Position numbers and translations under genes: made by a program | In this document: positions 30,261 to 39,689 of the stretch, piece after piece | How positions within the stretch are numbered: position 1 is the first letter of the stretch | How the letters are laid out: every line of letters begins with the position of its first letter | Notes under the pieces: generated by a model | What the model was told of the DNA's origin: nothing | Seen by the model: the letters and a program-made list of their open reading frames with translations, nothing else | The model's database searches: none | DNA from: Hydrogenophaga sp. | GTDB taxonomy: Bacteria > Pseudomonadota > Gammaproteobacteria > Burkholderiales > Burkholderiaceae_C | Direction: 5' to 3' | NCBI RefSeq assembly: GCF_036675665.1 | Contig: NZ_JAKFEO010000015.1 | Location: 70,889 to 134,888 of the forward strand | DNA length: 64,000 bases

Positions 30261-30340
30261 ACCCCCCGCCGCGCTCCGCGCGACCCCCTCAAGGGGGCGA
30301 GACCTGCCGCCCGGCAAAGCCGGTTCGGCGGTCTCACTGG
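30261..30340 (+). repeat. double-hairpin intergenic repeat, copy A
   Basis: accccccgccgcgctccgcgcgaCCCCCtcaaGGGGGcgagacCTGCCGCCCGGCaaaGCCGGttCGGCGGtctcactgg. It lies between dctP (stop 30258) and dctQ (start 30390), in the same orientation as the operon. Confidence 0.7.
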
Positions 30341-30389
30341 GTTGGACCCGGGCACGCGCAACGGGTCATTCATCTGAAGTCACATCCCC

Positions 30390-30893
30390 ATGCGCAAATT
30401 CCTCGATTCTCTCTACCTCGGCGCGGCCTGGCTGGCCGCGCTGTTCATGATCGGCGTGCTGCTCATGGTGCTGTTGTCCGTGCTGGGTCGCGCGCTGCAG
30501 TTCTATGTGCCCGGCACCGACGCCTATGCAGGCTACGCCATGGCAGGTGCGGGGTTTCTCGCGCTGGCGCACACCCTCAAAAGCGGTGAACACATCCGCG
30601 TGACGCTGATCATCGGCAAACTCACCGGCCGCGCGCGGCGCGGACTGGAGCTGTGGTCGTTGTCGGTAGCGGTGCTTCTGGCCGGCCTGCTCGCGGTCTA
30701 CGCCTGGCGGCTGGCCTGGCAGTCGCACCAATTCCACGACATCTCCACCGCCGCCGATGCCACGCCGCTGTGGATTCCGCAGATTCTCATGGCCGTGGGC
30801 ACCACGGTGCTGCTGATCGCCTTCGTCGACGATTGGGTGCTGGAGTTGCAGCGCAAGCGTTCGCACGACAGCGTGGAGACGCGACATGAATGA
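30390..30893 (+). CDS. TRAP transporter small permease (DctQ)
   Basis: A 167-aa ORF with four TM segments. It overlaps the dctM start by 8 nt. Confidence 0.8.
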   Translation: MRKFLDSLYLGAAWLAALFMIGVLLMVLLSVLGRALQFYVPGTDAYAGYAMAGAGFLALAHTLKSGEHIRVTLIIGKLTGRARRGLELWSLSVAVLLAGLLAVYAWRLAWQSHQFHDISTAADATPLWIPQILMAVGTTVLLIAFVDDWVLELQRKRSHDSVETRHE

Positions 30894-32181
30894 AGTCCTC
30901 GTCACCACCATGCTCATCGTCTCGCTGTTCGCCCTGCTGGGCAGCGGCGTCTGGATCGGCCTCACGCTCGCGGGCGTGGCCTGGATCGGCATGGAGATGT
31001 TTTCCTCGCGGCCGGCGGGCGACGCCATGGCCATCACCATCTGGGGATCGGCCAGCAGCTGGACGCTGACCGCGCTGCCCTTGTTCGTGTGGATGGGTGA
31101 GATCCTGTTCCGAACGAAGCTCTCGGAGAGCATGTTCCGTGGTCTGGCACCCTGGGTCAACGCCCTGCCCGGTCGGCTGCTGCACACCAACATCCTGGGC
31201 AGCACCATCTTCGCTGCGGTCTCGGGTTCGTCGGCCGCCACCTGCGCCACCATCGGCAAGATGAGCATCCCCGAGCTCACCAAGCGTGGCTACCCGCCTG
31301 AAAAGATCGTCGGATCGCTCGGTGGCGCCAGCACGCTCGGCCTGCTGATTCCACCCTCGATCATCATGATCGTTTACGGCGTGGCGGCCGAGGTATCCAT
31401 CGCCAAGCTGTTCGTGGCGGGTGTGCTTCCCGGCCTGATGCTGGCCGGGCTGTTCAGTGGACACCTGATGATCTGGGCACTGCTCAACCCGAAGAAGGTG
31501 CCGCGGAGCGACACGAGCATGACGCTGACGCAGAAGCTGAGCGAGTCGCGCCACCTGATCCCGGTGATCGTGCTCATCGGCGGCGTGATCGGCACCATCT
31601 ACACCGGCGTCGCCACCGCCACCGAAGCGGCGGCGGTGGGCGTGGTGGGCGCACTCATCCTCTCGGGTGCGCAAGGCTCGCTGAACTGGACCACGTTCCG
31701 CGACTCGTTGCTGGGCGCCACACGCCTCTATTGCATGATCGCGCTGATCCTCGCGGGTGCGGCCTTTCTCACACTGGCCATGGGATACATCGGCCTGCCG
31801 CGCCACCTGGCAGAGTTCGTCACCGGGCTGAACCTGTCGCCAGGCGTGCTGCTGGTGGCGCTGGCGCTGTTCTACATCGTGCTCGGCTGTTTTCTTGACG
31901 GCATTTCCATGATCGTGCTGACCATGGGCGTGATCCTGCCCACGGTCACTGCCGCCGGCCTCGATCTGATCTGGTTCGGCGTCTTCGTGGTGATCGTGGT
32001 GGAGATGGCGCAGATCACGCCACCCGTGGGCTTCAACCTCTTTGTGCTGCAGGGCATGACCCAGCGCGAAATCACCTGGATCGCCAAGGTCTGCATGCCC
32101 TACTTCCTCCTGATGGTGCTGGCGCTGCTGTTGCTGTGGTGGTTTCCGCAAATCGTTACCTGGTTGCCATCGAGAATGTGA
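30886..32181 (+). CDS. TRAP transporter large permease (DctM)
   Basis: A 431-aa polytopic ORF, paralogue of 24420..25718. Confidence 0.9.
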   Translation: MNEVLVTTMLIVSLFALLGSGVWIGLTLAGVAWIGMEMFSSRPAGDAMAITIWGSASSWTLTALPLFVWMGEILFRTKLSESMFRGLAPWVNALPGRLLHTNILGSTIFAAVSGSSAATCATIGKMSIPELTKRGYPPEKIVGSLGGASTLGLLIPPSIIMIVYGVAAEVSIAKLFVAGVLPGLMLAGLFSGHLMIWALLNPKKVPRSDTSMTLTQKLSESRHLIPVIVLIGGVIGTIYTGVATATEAAAVGVVGALILSGAQGSLNWTTFRDSLLGATRLYCMIALILAGAAFLTLAMGYIGLPRHLAEFVTGLNLSPGVLLVALALFYIVLGCFLDGISMIVLTMGVILPTVTAAGLDLIWFGVFVVIVVEMAQITPPVGFNLFVLQGMTQREITWIAKVCMPYFLLMVLALLLLWWFPQIVTWLPSRM

Positions 32182-32204
32182 CCTCGCCATCACCTAAGAT
32201 GCAA

Positions 32205-32238
32205 GGCCCGCCACGATCAAACTGGCGGGCCTTTTTTT
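32205..32238 (+). terminator. rho-independent terminator after TRAP-2 operon
   Basis: GGCCCGCC-acgatcaaact-GGCGGGCC followed by TTTTTTT. Confidence 0.85.
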
Positions 32239-32263
32239 GTATTGCAGATCAACAAGGATTTTC

Positions 32264-33250
32264 GTGTTCAAGAATGTGACGATCTACCGCATTGCCCCCG
32301 GCTGGACGGCGACGCTGGCAGACATGGAAGCTGCGCTGGACGCGGCCCGTTTCAAGCCCTGTGGTGCCACGCAGGACAAATCGGTCGGCTGGGTGGAGCC
32401 GCGTGGTGAGGCCCACGGCCCGCTGGTGGAGTCGGTGGCCGGCCAGCGCATCCTGAAACTCCAGATCGAGACCAAGGGCGTACCCGGCTCGGTGGTGAAA
32501 AAGAAGGCGCAGGAAGAGGCCGACCACATCGAGGCCACCACCGGCCGCAAGCCCGGCAAGAAGGAAACCAAGGCGCTGCGCGAAGATGCGCTGCTGACCC
32601 TGCTGCCGCAAGCGTTTGCGCGCCAGATGAACGTGTGGGTCTGGCTCGACCTGGAAGCCGGCTGGCTCGTGACCGACGCCAGCAGCCAAGGAAAGATCGA
32701 CGAGGTCGTGACCGCCCTGGTGCGAGCCTTCGATGGCCTGGTGATCACCCTGCTGCAGACCACCGTGACGCCGCAAACCGCGATGACGCAATGGCTTTCG
32801 GCCACCACGCCCGACGAATGGCCGGGCGGCTTCGCGGTGGAACGCGAGTGCGAGCTGAAATCGGGCGACGAGGAAAAGTCGTCGGTGAAATTCACCCGCC
32901 ACAACCTCGCCACCGACGAGGTGCGCCAGCACATCACCGAGGGCAAACTGCCCACGCGCCTGGCGCTGAGCTGGGAAGGCCGCATCGGCTTCGTGCTCAC
33001 CGAGTCGCTGCAGCTCAAGAAGATCAACTTCCTCGAAGGCGTGTTCGACGGCCGGCCCGACGAAGGCGAGAACGGTTTTGATGCCGACGTGGCCCTGTCC
33101 ACCGGCGAGCTGCAGAAGCTGCTGCCCGAACTGGTCGAGGCGCTGGGCGGCGAGATGGCGTTCGGCGCCGCACCCGCGGGCGAGGCACCGGCTGCGGCTC
33201 AGCCCGCCGCGGTCACCGCCGATGGTGACGATGAAGGCCCGCCCTTCTAA
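32264..33250 (+). CDS. rdgC: recombination-associated protein RdgC
   Basis: Lies inside ORF 32237..33250(+). The likely GTG start gives VFKNVTIYRIAPGW (RdgC proteins start MxFKN). It has an acidic Ala/Pro-rich C-terminal tail. Confidence 0.85.
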   Translation: MFKNVTIYRIAPGWTATLADMEAALDAARFKPCGATQDKSVGWVEPRGEAHGPLVESVAGQRILKLQIETKGVPGSVVKKKAQEEADHIEATTGRKPGKKETKALREDALLTLLPQAFARQMNVWVWLDLEAGWLVTDASSQGKIDEVVTALVRAFDGLVITLLQTTVTPQTAMTQWLSATTPDEWPGGFAVERECELKSGDEEKSSVKFTRHNLATDEVRQHITEGKLPTRLALSWEGRIGFVLTESLQLKKINFLEGVFDGRPDEGENGFDADVALSTGELQKLLPELVEALGGEMAFGAAPAGEAPAAAQPAAVTADGDDEGPPF

Positions 33251-33260
33251 AGCCTGAGCG

Positions 33261-33653
33261 ATGAACACCGTGCCCAGCGTCATCGCCATCTGCCTGGGGG
33301 CCTGCGTGGGTGCTCTGGCCCGTTGGCGCCTGGGTCTGTGGCTCAGCGCGCCGGGCTCGCTGCTGCCCTGGGGCACCCTCGCCGCCAACTGGATCGGTGC
33401 CTACGCCATCGGCCTGTCGCTGGCCTTCTTCAATGCGCAGCCGCAGCTCGACCCCGTGTGGCGCCTGGCCATCGTCACCGGCCTGCTGGGGGCGCTGACG
33501 ACCTTTTCCACCTTCTCGGCCGAGGTGGTGACGCTGCTGCAGCAAGGCCGCCTCGTGCTGGCCAGCGGCGTGGCCAGCCTGCACCTCGTCGGTTCGCTGC
33601 TGCTGACCTGGCTGGGCTTGCGCACGGCCGCGCTCTGGCTCACCCCGGCCTAG
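33261..33653 (+). CDS. crcB: fluoride ion channel CrcB/FluC
   Basis: A 130-aa ORF with four TM segments. It shows [10 protein letters not shown] and [12 protein letters not shown] motifs. Confidence 0.9.
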   Translation: MNTVPSVIAICLGACVGALARWRLGLWLSAPGSLLPWGTLAANWIGAYAIGLSLAFFNAQPQLDPVWRLAIVTGLLGALTTFSTFSAEVVTLLQQGRLVLASGVASLHLVGSLLLTWLGLRTAALWLTPA

Positions 33654-34608
33654 GCAGGCCGTACAACGCCGCCACCGCGCCGGCCTGCTGCGCCATGCGC
33701 TGGCGCATCGCGGGTGGCGCCAGCACCTCGATCTCATCGCCGAAGCCCAGCAATTGCCGGGCGCCCTGCTCAATGGACTCCACGCGGATCGTGACCTCAT
33801 CACCCGTCTGATCGGCATATGGAATGCGCGCATTCGCCAGCCACTTCATGGCACGGTCTGACACGCGGACACGAACCTCGATCGACCGCAGGTCCGATTC
33901 GAAGCGCGCGGCAGATGCCCGCCAGGTGCCGGCAAGGTCGAAGCTTTTGGGGCGTCTGAAGGCAGCGCCCGTTTTCAGATCCAGCATGCTCGCCAACCGG
34001 TAGGTGCGCACGCCGTCACCCCCATCGCCCCGAGCTGGTGCCTCCACCGCGCGCGCCACCAGATACCACGCACCCGCCTTGAGCACCAGCCCCAGCGGCT
34101 CCAGCAAACGCTGCGTCATGCCCCGCCAGCTGTCGTAACGCACGTCGATGCGCCGTGCGCGCCAGACCGCATCAGCCGCCTCGCGCAGGAACCGCGGTGC
34201 GTCCTGGGTGCGGTACCAATCCACCGCGTCGATGTGCAGACGCTGGCCCACACGGTCGGCCTGTTCACGCCACTCGCCGGGCAGGCTGGCCACCATCTTC
34301 AGGCGGGCCGACGCCGCCGCGGCACCCAGGCCCAGCTCGGTGGCCGGCCCGGGCAGGCCGGCGAGCAACAGCGCGTTGGCCTCGGGCTCGGTCATGCCGG
34401 TGAGCTGCGTGCTCCAGCCCTCGCGCAACTGGAAACCGCCATGCCGCCCGCGCTCGCCCCACAGCGGCACGCCCGCCGCCGAGAGCTGATCGATGTCGCG
34501 CAGCACGGTGCGCTCCGACACCTCCATGGCCTGCGCCAGCGCGCCCGCCGTCAGACGGCCGCGCGCCTGCAGCAGCATCAGGATGGAGAGCAATCGGCTG
34601 GCTTTCAT
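33640..34608 (-). CDS. YafY-family transcriptional regulator (HTH plus WYL domain)
   Basis: Lies inside ORF 33640..34632(-), with the start at [50 protein letters not shown] central VRYDSWRG...AWYLVA WYL-like segment is present. Its 3' end overlaps crcB convergently by 14 nt. Confidence 0.8.
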   Translation of the reverse strand: MKASRLLSILMLLQARGRLTAGALAQAMEVSERTVLRDIDQLSAAGVPLWGERGRHGGFQLREGWSTQLTGMTEPEANALLLAGLPGPATELGLGAAAASARLKMVASLPGEWREQADRVGQRLHIDAVDWYRTQDAPRFLREAADAVWRARRIDVRYDSWRGMTQRLLEPLGLVLKAGAWYLVARAVEAPARGDGGDGVRTYRLASMLDLKTGAAFRRPKSFDLAGTWRASAARFESDLRSIEVRVRVSDRAMKWLANARIPYADQTGDEVTIRVESIEQGARQLLGFGDEIEVLAPPAMRQRMAQQAGAVAALYGLPRPG

Positions 34609-34686
34609 GGCCCGCCGATTTAAACATGACACGAGATGTCAGGTTATGAGGCAGATCATCGTCACACCGTTTTCAAGGAGCCCCCG

Positions 34687-35415
34687 ATGTCTTCCACCCC
34701 GTCCGAATCCTCCCTGGTCGAACTGCGCCGCTACACATTGCACCCCGGCCAGCGAGACACCCTGATCGATCTGTTCGACCGCGAGTTCGTCGAAACCCAG
34801 GAGGCGGTCGGCATGCGCGTGATCGGCCAGTTCCGCGACCTCGACGACGACCAGCGTTTCGTCTGGCTGCGCGGCTTTGCCGACATGGCCCGCCGCCGCG
34901 CGGGTCTGGAGGCCTTCTACGGCGGCCCGGTGTGGCACGCGCACCGCGACGCCGCCAACGCCACCATGGTGGATTCGGACGACGTGTTCCTGCTTCGCCC
35001 GGCCTGGCCTGGCGCGGGCATCGACAACCCGACATCCGGGCGCCCGGCAATCGGCACTGCAACACCACCCGGCCTGCTGGACGCCAGCGTCTTCCCCCTG
35101 CGTGCACCCGCCAGCGACGACCTGCTCAGGCTGTGCCGCGAGGTGCTCTCGCCCGTGCTCCGGCAGGGCGGCGCGCGGCAGATCGGCTGGTACGTGAGCG
35201 AAACCCGCCCCAACGACTTTCCGCGCCTGCCGGTGCGCGAAGGCGAGCCGGTGCTGGTCGGCCTGGCGCTGTTCGACCACCTCACCGCCTTCGAGGCCTT
35301 CGCCCGCGGCGGCGCCTGGGCGCGCGACGCACAGCCTGCACTCGCGCCCTGGCTGGCGCGCCCCGCCGAAAGCCACCGCCTGGTGCCCACCGCGCGCTCG
35401 GCCCTGCACGCCTGA
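34687..35415 (+). CDS. NIPSNAP-family protein (tentative)
   Basis: Lies inside ORF 34636..35415(+), with the start at MSSTPSESSLVELRRYTLHPGQRDTLIDLFDREF. ELRxYxLxPG is the typical NIPSNAP opening. A second half repeat is also present. Confidence 0.65.
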   Translation: MSSTPSESSLVELRRYTLHPGQRDTLIDLFDREFVETQEAVGMRVIGQFRDLDDDQRFVWLRGFADMARRRAGLEAFYGGPVWHAHRDAANATMVDSDDVFLLRPAWPGAGIDNPTSGRPAIGTATPPGLLDASVFPLRAPASDDLLRLCREVLSPVLRQGGARQIGWYVSETRPNDFPRLPVREGEPVLVGLALFDHLTAFEAFARGGAWARDAQPALAPWLARPAESHRLVPTARSALHA

Positions 35416-35447
35416 ACCTCAACCCTTCGTCACCCAAGGAGCCACCC

Positions 35448-35930
35448 ATGACCACCCTCGGTTCACACGACTTCGACTTCCTGCACGGCACCTGGCGGGT
35501 CACGCACCGGCGCCTGCGCGAGCGCCTGTGCGGCAGCGACGACTGGCAGACCTTCGACGGCAGTTGCAGCGCCCACCCCGTGCTGGACGGCCAGGGCATC
35601 GTCGACGACAACCTGCTGAACCTGCCCGACGGCAGCTACCACGCCGTCACGCTGCGCGCGCACGACCCGCAGACCAGCCGCTGGTCCATCTGGTGGCTCG
35701 ATGGCCGCCACCCGCACCGCCTCGATGTGCCCGTGGTCGGTTCGTTCGAAGAGGGTGTGGGCACTTTCTTCGCCGACGACGAGCTCGACGGCCGTGCCAT
35801 CCGTGTGCGCTTCCGCTGGACCGACACGCACACCGCATCGCCGTTCTGGGAGCAGGCGTTTTCCATCGACGCCGGCGCCACCTGGGAAGTCAACTGGACG
35901 ATGCGTTTCCACCGCCAGCGCGCCGCGTGA
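35448..35930 (+). CDS. conserved hypothetical protein, 160 aa (DUF1579-like beta-barrel, very tentative)
   Basis: This is the C-terminal part of tracked ORF 34932..35930(+). The ATG at 35448 is preceded by AAGGAG. The sequence MTTLGSHDFDFLHGTWRVTHRRL... has balanced composition, unlike the Arg/Pro-rich upstream part of the tracked ORF. Confidence 0.55.
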   Translation: MTTLGSHDFDFLHGTWRVTHRRLRERLCGSDDWQTFDGSCSAHPVLDGQGIVDDNLLNLPDGSYHAVTLRAHDPQTSRWSIWWLDGRHPHRLDVPVVGSFEEGVGTFFADDELDGRAIRVRFRWTDTHTASPFWEQAFSIDAGATWEVNWTMRFHRQRAA

Positions 35931-36013
35931 AACCAACGGTGCGGTGGCGAACAGACGCTCGCGCGTCGCGCTTTCACAGTGGGTAGCCGAACCCCACACG
36001 TTGGCACCGCACC

Positions 36014-37084
36014 ATGACCCAGATCCGCACAGGACAGGCCCCCGCCCCGCTGGAGCGGGCGCAGTTCGCCGAGCGCTTTCGCGCCCTCTTCGTGGATCCG
36101 GGATTCCGCGCCGAAGACAGCGGTATCGCGCGCCTGGAGGCCATCGCCTGGGACGCCTACAAGGAAGGCCGCAAGGCCCCCTTCACGGAAAAGGCGGGAG
36201 CAGGCTACGCCGACCCGGACTACGACCTCTCGGTCGAATGGGTGGCCACCAAGGCCCGCATCGACGCGGCCCAGGCCCGGTGGGCGCTGGCCGACACACC
36301 CACCCGTGTGCTGCTGGTGTGCGGCTCGGCGCGCAACGACGGCACCTGCCCAGGCGAAATCTCCAAGACCTTTCGCCTCACACAGATCGCGCGCGAGGCA
36401 CTGGAGGCCACCGGCATCGAATGCGACGTGCTCGACCTGAGCCATCTCACCTCCAGCTACCGCCTGCACATCCATCCCTGCAAAGGCTGCGTGTCCACCG
36501 CCATGCCGCTGTGCCACTGGCCCTGCAGCTGTTACCCCAACCACGCACTGGGCCAGACGCACGACTGGATGGCCGAGATCTACGAGCGCTGGACCGCCGC
36601 GCACGCGGTGTTCATCGTCACGCCGGTGTATTGGTACCAGAGCCCCAGCCCACTCAAGCTGATGATCGACCGTCTGGTGTGCGCCGACGGCGGCAACCCC
36701 GACCCCACCTCCACCGGCGGCAAGAAGGCCGCGCTGGCCAAGACCTTGGAGATGGCCGGCTGGGACTACCCGAAACACCTGGCAGGCCGGGCCTACGGCG
36801 TGGTGGTGCATGGTGACGTGGCCGGCATCGAAGGCTCGCGCCGCTCGCTGTGCGACTGGCTCGACTGGATGGGATTCATCGACGCCGGTACCAACGCCCG
36901 GATCGACCGGCACATCGGCTACTACGAACCCTACGCCACCAGCCACGAAGCGCTGGACCGCGATCTCGACGTGCAGGAAGAAACGCGCCAGGCCGCGCAG
37001 GCCCTCGGCAAGGCCGTGGTCGAACTGCGCGGTGGGCGTCTGCGGCCGCTGCAGCCGGAGCGCGCCCGTCCGCGCCCCAAATGA
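36014..37084 (+). CDS. flavodoxin-fold NAD(P)H-dependent FMN reductase-like protein with Cys cluster
   Basis: A 356-aa ORF. VLLVCGSARNDGTCPGEISKT is a flavodoxin-like FMN loop. The Cys cluster is HPCKGCVSTAMPLCHWPCSC (C-x2-C-x8-C-x3-C-x-C). Confidence 0.65.
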   Translation: MTQIRTGQAPAPLERAQFAERFRALFVDPGFRAEDSGIARLEAIAWDAYKEGRKAPFTEKAGAGYADPDYDLSVEWVATKARIDAAQARWALADTPTRVLLVCGSARNDGTCPGEISKTFRLTQIAREALEATGIECDVLDLSHLTSSYRLHIHPCKGCVSTAMPLCHWPCSCYPNHALGQTHDWMAEIYERWTAAHAVFIVTPVYWYQSPSPLKLMIDRLVCADGGNPDPTSTGGKKAALAKTLEMAGWDYPKHLAGRAYGVVVHGDVAGIEGSRRSLCDWLDWMGFIDAGTNARIDRHIGYYEPYATSHEALDRDLDVQEETRQAAQALGKAVVELRGGRLRPLQPERARPRPK

Positions 37085-37113
37085 CCGCACGACCCAACCC
37101 ACAGGAGACCGGC

Positions 37114-37650
37114 ATGGACACGCGCCATCATTTCGTCACTGGCTTCTTTGCCACCGTGGAGGAAGCCCGCCAGGTGCGCGATGCACTCATCAAGCGGGGA
37201 CTGCCAGCCGATCACATCGACATCCATCAGGACCAGACGCCCGCGGGCGCCGCGGCACCCGACAACGACAGCAATGCGGTGCTCAAGGACATGGTGGTGG
37301 ACGGCGCCGTCGGCACCGCGGTGGGCACGGGCATCGGCGCGCTGGCGCAGGTGGCTCTGGTGGCGGCCAACGTGAGCCTGTTCATCGCGAGTCCCTTGCT
37401 GGCGCCGCTGGTGATGATGGGCTGGGGCGCGAGCATCGGTGCGGTGGTGGGCGCGGCCATGGGCGCCGTCGCCGACCCGACGGCCAAACCGAAGGACCGT
37501 GAGGGCTGGCTGTCCGAACTGGTGACGGACGCGATCGCCAGCGGTCAGGTGGTGCTGGTGGCCAGAACCGAGGACGAAGGACAGACCGCCATCGCACGCG
37601 AGGTGATTTCAGCGTCGGTCGGTGATGTGAAAGACGTCGCCGCGACCTGA
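37114..37650 (+). CDS. general-stress-type membrane protein with Gly-zipper segment
   Basis: Lies inside ORF 36850..37650(+). The ATG at 37114 is preceded by AGGAGA. It shows HHFVTGFFATVEEARQVRDALIKRGLPADHIDI, then GAVGTAVGTGIGALAQVALVAANV...MGWGASIGAVVGAAMGAV. Confidence 0.6.
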   Translation: MDTRHHFVTGFFATVEEARQVRDALIKRGLPADHIDIHQDQTPAGAAAPDNDSNAVLKDMVVDGAVGTAVGTGIGALAQVALVAANVSLFIASPLLAPLVMMGWGASIGAVVGAAMGAVADPTAKPKDREGWLSELVTDAIASGQVVLVARTEDEGQTAIAREVISASVGDVKDVAAT

Positions 37651-37663
37651 CACCGCAGCGGCC

Positions 37664-37927
37664 TCAGCCACCGCCGCGTTGCATGTACAGGTCGAAGCGT
37701 TTCATGAACGCGTAGCGCTGCCCGGCATCCAGCCCGCTGAAGGCGAAGTTCACCCGCAGCACCGGCATGCGCATGAGCGCGATCACGCGCGGTGGCTGCT
37801 GCGCCCAGCGCAGCGCGAGCTGTCCGGGCGGCACCTCAATGAGGGCATGAGCACCTTCGCGGCGCCAGACGCAAGCGCCCACCGCCGCCGGCAACCAACC
37901 CAGCCACTCGGCCTCGGTACAACCCAT
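37664..37927 (-). CDS. small hypothetical protein ending in GGG, last gene of the AOR cluster
   Basis: In the frame of ORF 37664..38272(-). The start is the ATG at 37927 (MGCTEAEWLGWLPAAVG...) or the GTG at 37963, which sits 2 nt after GAGGG. The protein ends ...FDLYMQRGGG-stop. No family was recognised. Confidence 0.5.
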   Translation of the reverse strand: MGCTEAEWLGWLPAAVGACVWRREGAHALIEVPPGQLALRWAQQPPRVIALMRMPVLRVNFAFSGLDAGQRYAFMKRFDLYMQRGGG

Positions 37928-37968
37928 GTCGCGTTCGAAACTTTCCGCGTAGCTCGCCTGCACAGCCC

Positions 37969-38223
37969 TCAACCCCCGGCAATGGGCGGCCAGATGGCCA
38001 GCACATCGCCTTCGGCCAGCGTCGCGCTCAGACGCTCGTCGGGCTGGATGTACCTGCCGTTGACCAGCACCAGGTGCACCAGCTTGGGCGGCAGGCCGAA
38101 GGGCTCGATGATCTGGCTGATGGGCGTGGCGGGATCGATGTCCAGCGACACCTGATTGCTGCGCCGGGCCTCGGGGGGCAGGTAGTCGGTGAGCGTGGCA
38201 AACAGCTTGAAAGTGATGTTCAT
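37969..38223 (-). CDS. MoaD/ThiS-family ubiquitin-like sulfur-carrier protein (AorD-like)
   Basis: Lies inside ORF 37969..38241(-), with the start at MNITFKLFATLTDYLP (cat 38221-38223). The 84-aa protein ends ...GDVLAIWPPIAGG-stop, the diagnostic C-terminal Gly-Gly. Confidence 0.8.
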   Translation of the reverse strand: MNITFKLFATLTDYLPPEARRSNQVSLDIDPATPISQIIEPFGLPPKLVHLVLVNGRYIQPDERLSATLAEGDVLAIWPPIAGG

Positions 38224-38244
38224 GGATGGCATTGTGATCAACGG

Positions 38245-38327
38245 GGAACGATCCGCCGCCGGGCCGCCCCAAGGCGGATCAGCCCCCTCGGGGGGCAGCG
38301 ACCCGCGCAGCGGCGGAGCGTGGGGGC
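38245..38327 (-). repeat. double-hairpin intergenic repeat, copy D (diverged)
   Basis: The reverse complement reads gcccccacgctccgccgctgcgcgggtcgctgCCCCCcgaGGGGGctgaTCCGCCttggggcggcccggcGGCGGAtcgttcc. It lies between the aorC-like stop (38335) and the moaD-like start (38223), in the same orientation as the operon. Confidence 0.6.
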
Positions 38328-38334
38328 AAAACGT

Positions 38335-39675
38335 TCAACGCCTGCGCTCATCCGCGGCACCTGCCCATTGCCCTTGCCCCTGCGCGCTGGCCAGGTAGGC
38401 ATCCATCAACTTGGTGGGGTCGTGCATCAGGCGGTCTTTCCAGTCGCCCAGCTTCACCTGGCCTTCCACCAGGCCTCGCATCACGCCCACGTGTTCGGTC
38501 CAGCCGACCGAGTTGCAGCCGACCATGACGTCGCCCTGGAATTGCAGACTCAGGTGGCGCCCGCCGGCCTTGTCGGTGAGCTCGGCGTGTTCGCCCCCGG
38601 GCACACCTTCCCAGTTGCCAAAGCTGGTGGAAATCATGCCCAGGGTGTCGAGCACGTTGATCTGCGTCACGCCCTTGAGATCGGCCTTCTGGCCCACCAT
38701 GTTGAGCGCGGCCACGCGCGCCTGCTCGGCGGCGTTGGGCTGGATGGCACTCACGATGGTCTTGCCGCTGACCTTGTCAAACGCTTCGGCGCAATCACCG
38801 GCGGCAAAGATGCCGGGCACATTGGTCTGCAGGTGTTCGTCGGTGAGCACGCCCACCAGGCAGGTGATGCCCGAGTCTTTCAGGAAGCCGATGGCCGGGC
38901 GCACGCCGGTGGCGCTGATCACCAGATCGGCCTCGACGGTCTGCCCGCCCGAGAGCTTGACGCGCAGGCCCTTGGCCGGCTCGGACGAGCCCAGGCCGAT
39001 GGCACTGGCTATCCGGCCCACCACGCCCGCGGGCTCCGAGGCGAGTTCGATCCCTTCCACCTTGGTGCCGGTGTAGACCTTCACGCCCTTCTTCTCGCAC
39101 CAGTCGCGGATCATGCCGCCCGCGGTCGGGCCCATCATGCGCGGCACCATGCGGTCGCCCATTTCCACCACGCTCAGCTCCACGCCGCGCGCGGCCAAGG
39201 CTTCCATGATGATGCAGCCGATGAAGCCGGCGCCCATCTGCAGCACGCGGGCGCCTGGCTTGGCCAGGGCCATGATGGCGCGCGCGTCTTCCAGCGTCCA
39301 GCAGGGATGCACGCCGGGCGAGTCCATGCCGGGAATCGGCGGGCGCACCGGGTGCGAGCCGGTGGCGATCAGCAGCTTGTCGAACGTGAGCTGGGTGCCG
39401 TTGTCCAGCGTCACGGTGCGCGCCTGGGCATCCACCGCCGTGGCGCGTCCGGGCACCTGGTCGATGCGCAGGTCGGTGTAGTGCGTGAGGCCCTTGCGCA
39501 GGTAGGTGCCGGTTTCCTTGACGTTGCCCATCAGCAGATACGGAATGGCCATGCGCGAATACGGCGGCTCGGCCTCGTCACCCACCAGGGTGATGGTGTC
39601 GGCGGGGGCATGCTTGCGGATGGTCTCGGCGGCGATGACACCGGCGGGGCCGGCGCCCAGGATGACGTGGTGCAT
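38335..39675 (-). CDS. FAD-dependent pyridine-nucleotide-disulfide-family oxidoreductase (AorC-like electron-transfer subunit)
   Basis: A 446-aa ORF. It has the N-terminal dinucleotide fold MHHVILGAGPAGVIAAE and a second fold VLQMGAGFIGCIIMEAL. GAGGAGA lies upstream of the ATG. Confidence 0.88.
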   Translation of the reverse strand: MHHVILGAGPAGVIAAETIRKHAPADTITLVGDEAEPPYSRMAIPYLLMGNVKETGTYLRKGLTHYTDLRIDQVPGRATAVDAQARTVTLDNGTQLTFDKLLIATGSHPVRPPIPGMDSPGVHPCWTLEDARAIMALAKPGARVLQMGAGFIGCIIMEALAARGVELSVVEMGDRMVPRMMGPTAGGMIRDWCEKKGVKVYTGTKVEGIELASEPAGVVGRIASAIGLGSSEPAKGLRVKLSGGQTVEADLVISATGVRPAIGFLKDSGITCLVGVLTDEHLQTNVPGIFAAGDCAEAFDKVSGKTIVSAIQPNAAEQARVAALNMVGQKADLKGVTQINVLDTLGMISTSFGNWEGVPGGEHAELTDKAGGRHLSLQFQGDVMVGCNSVGWTEHVGVMRGLVEGQVKLGDWKDRLMHDPTKLMDAYLASAQGQGQWAGAADERRR

Positions 39676-39689
39676 GTCTTGTCTCCTCG

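Noticed and set aside
33251-33260. Fluoride riboswitch expected upstream of crcB
   Set aside because: Only 10 nt separate the rdgC stop from the crcB start, so there is no room for the ~60-nt crcB motif. crcB here appears simply co-transcribed with rdgC.
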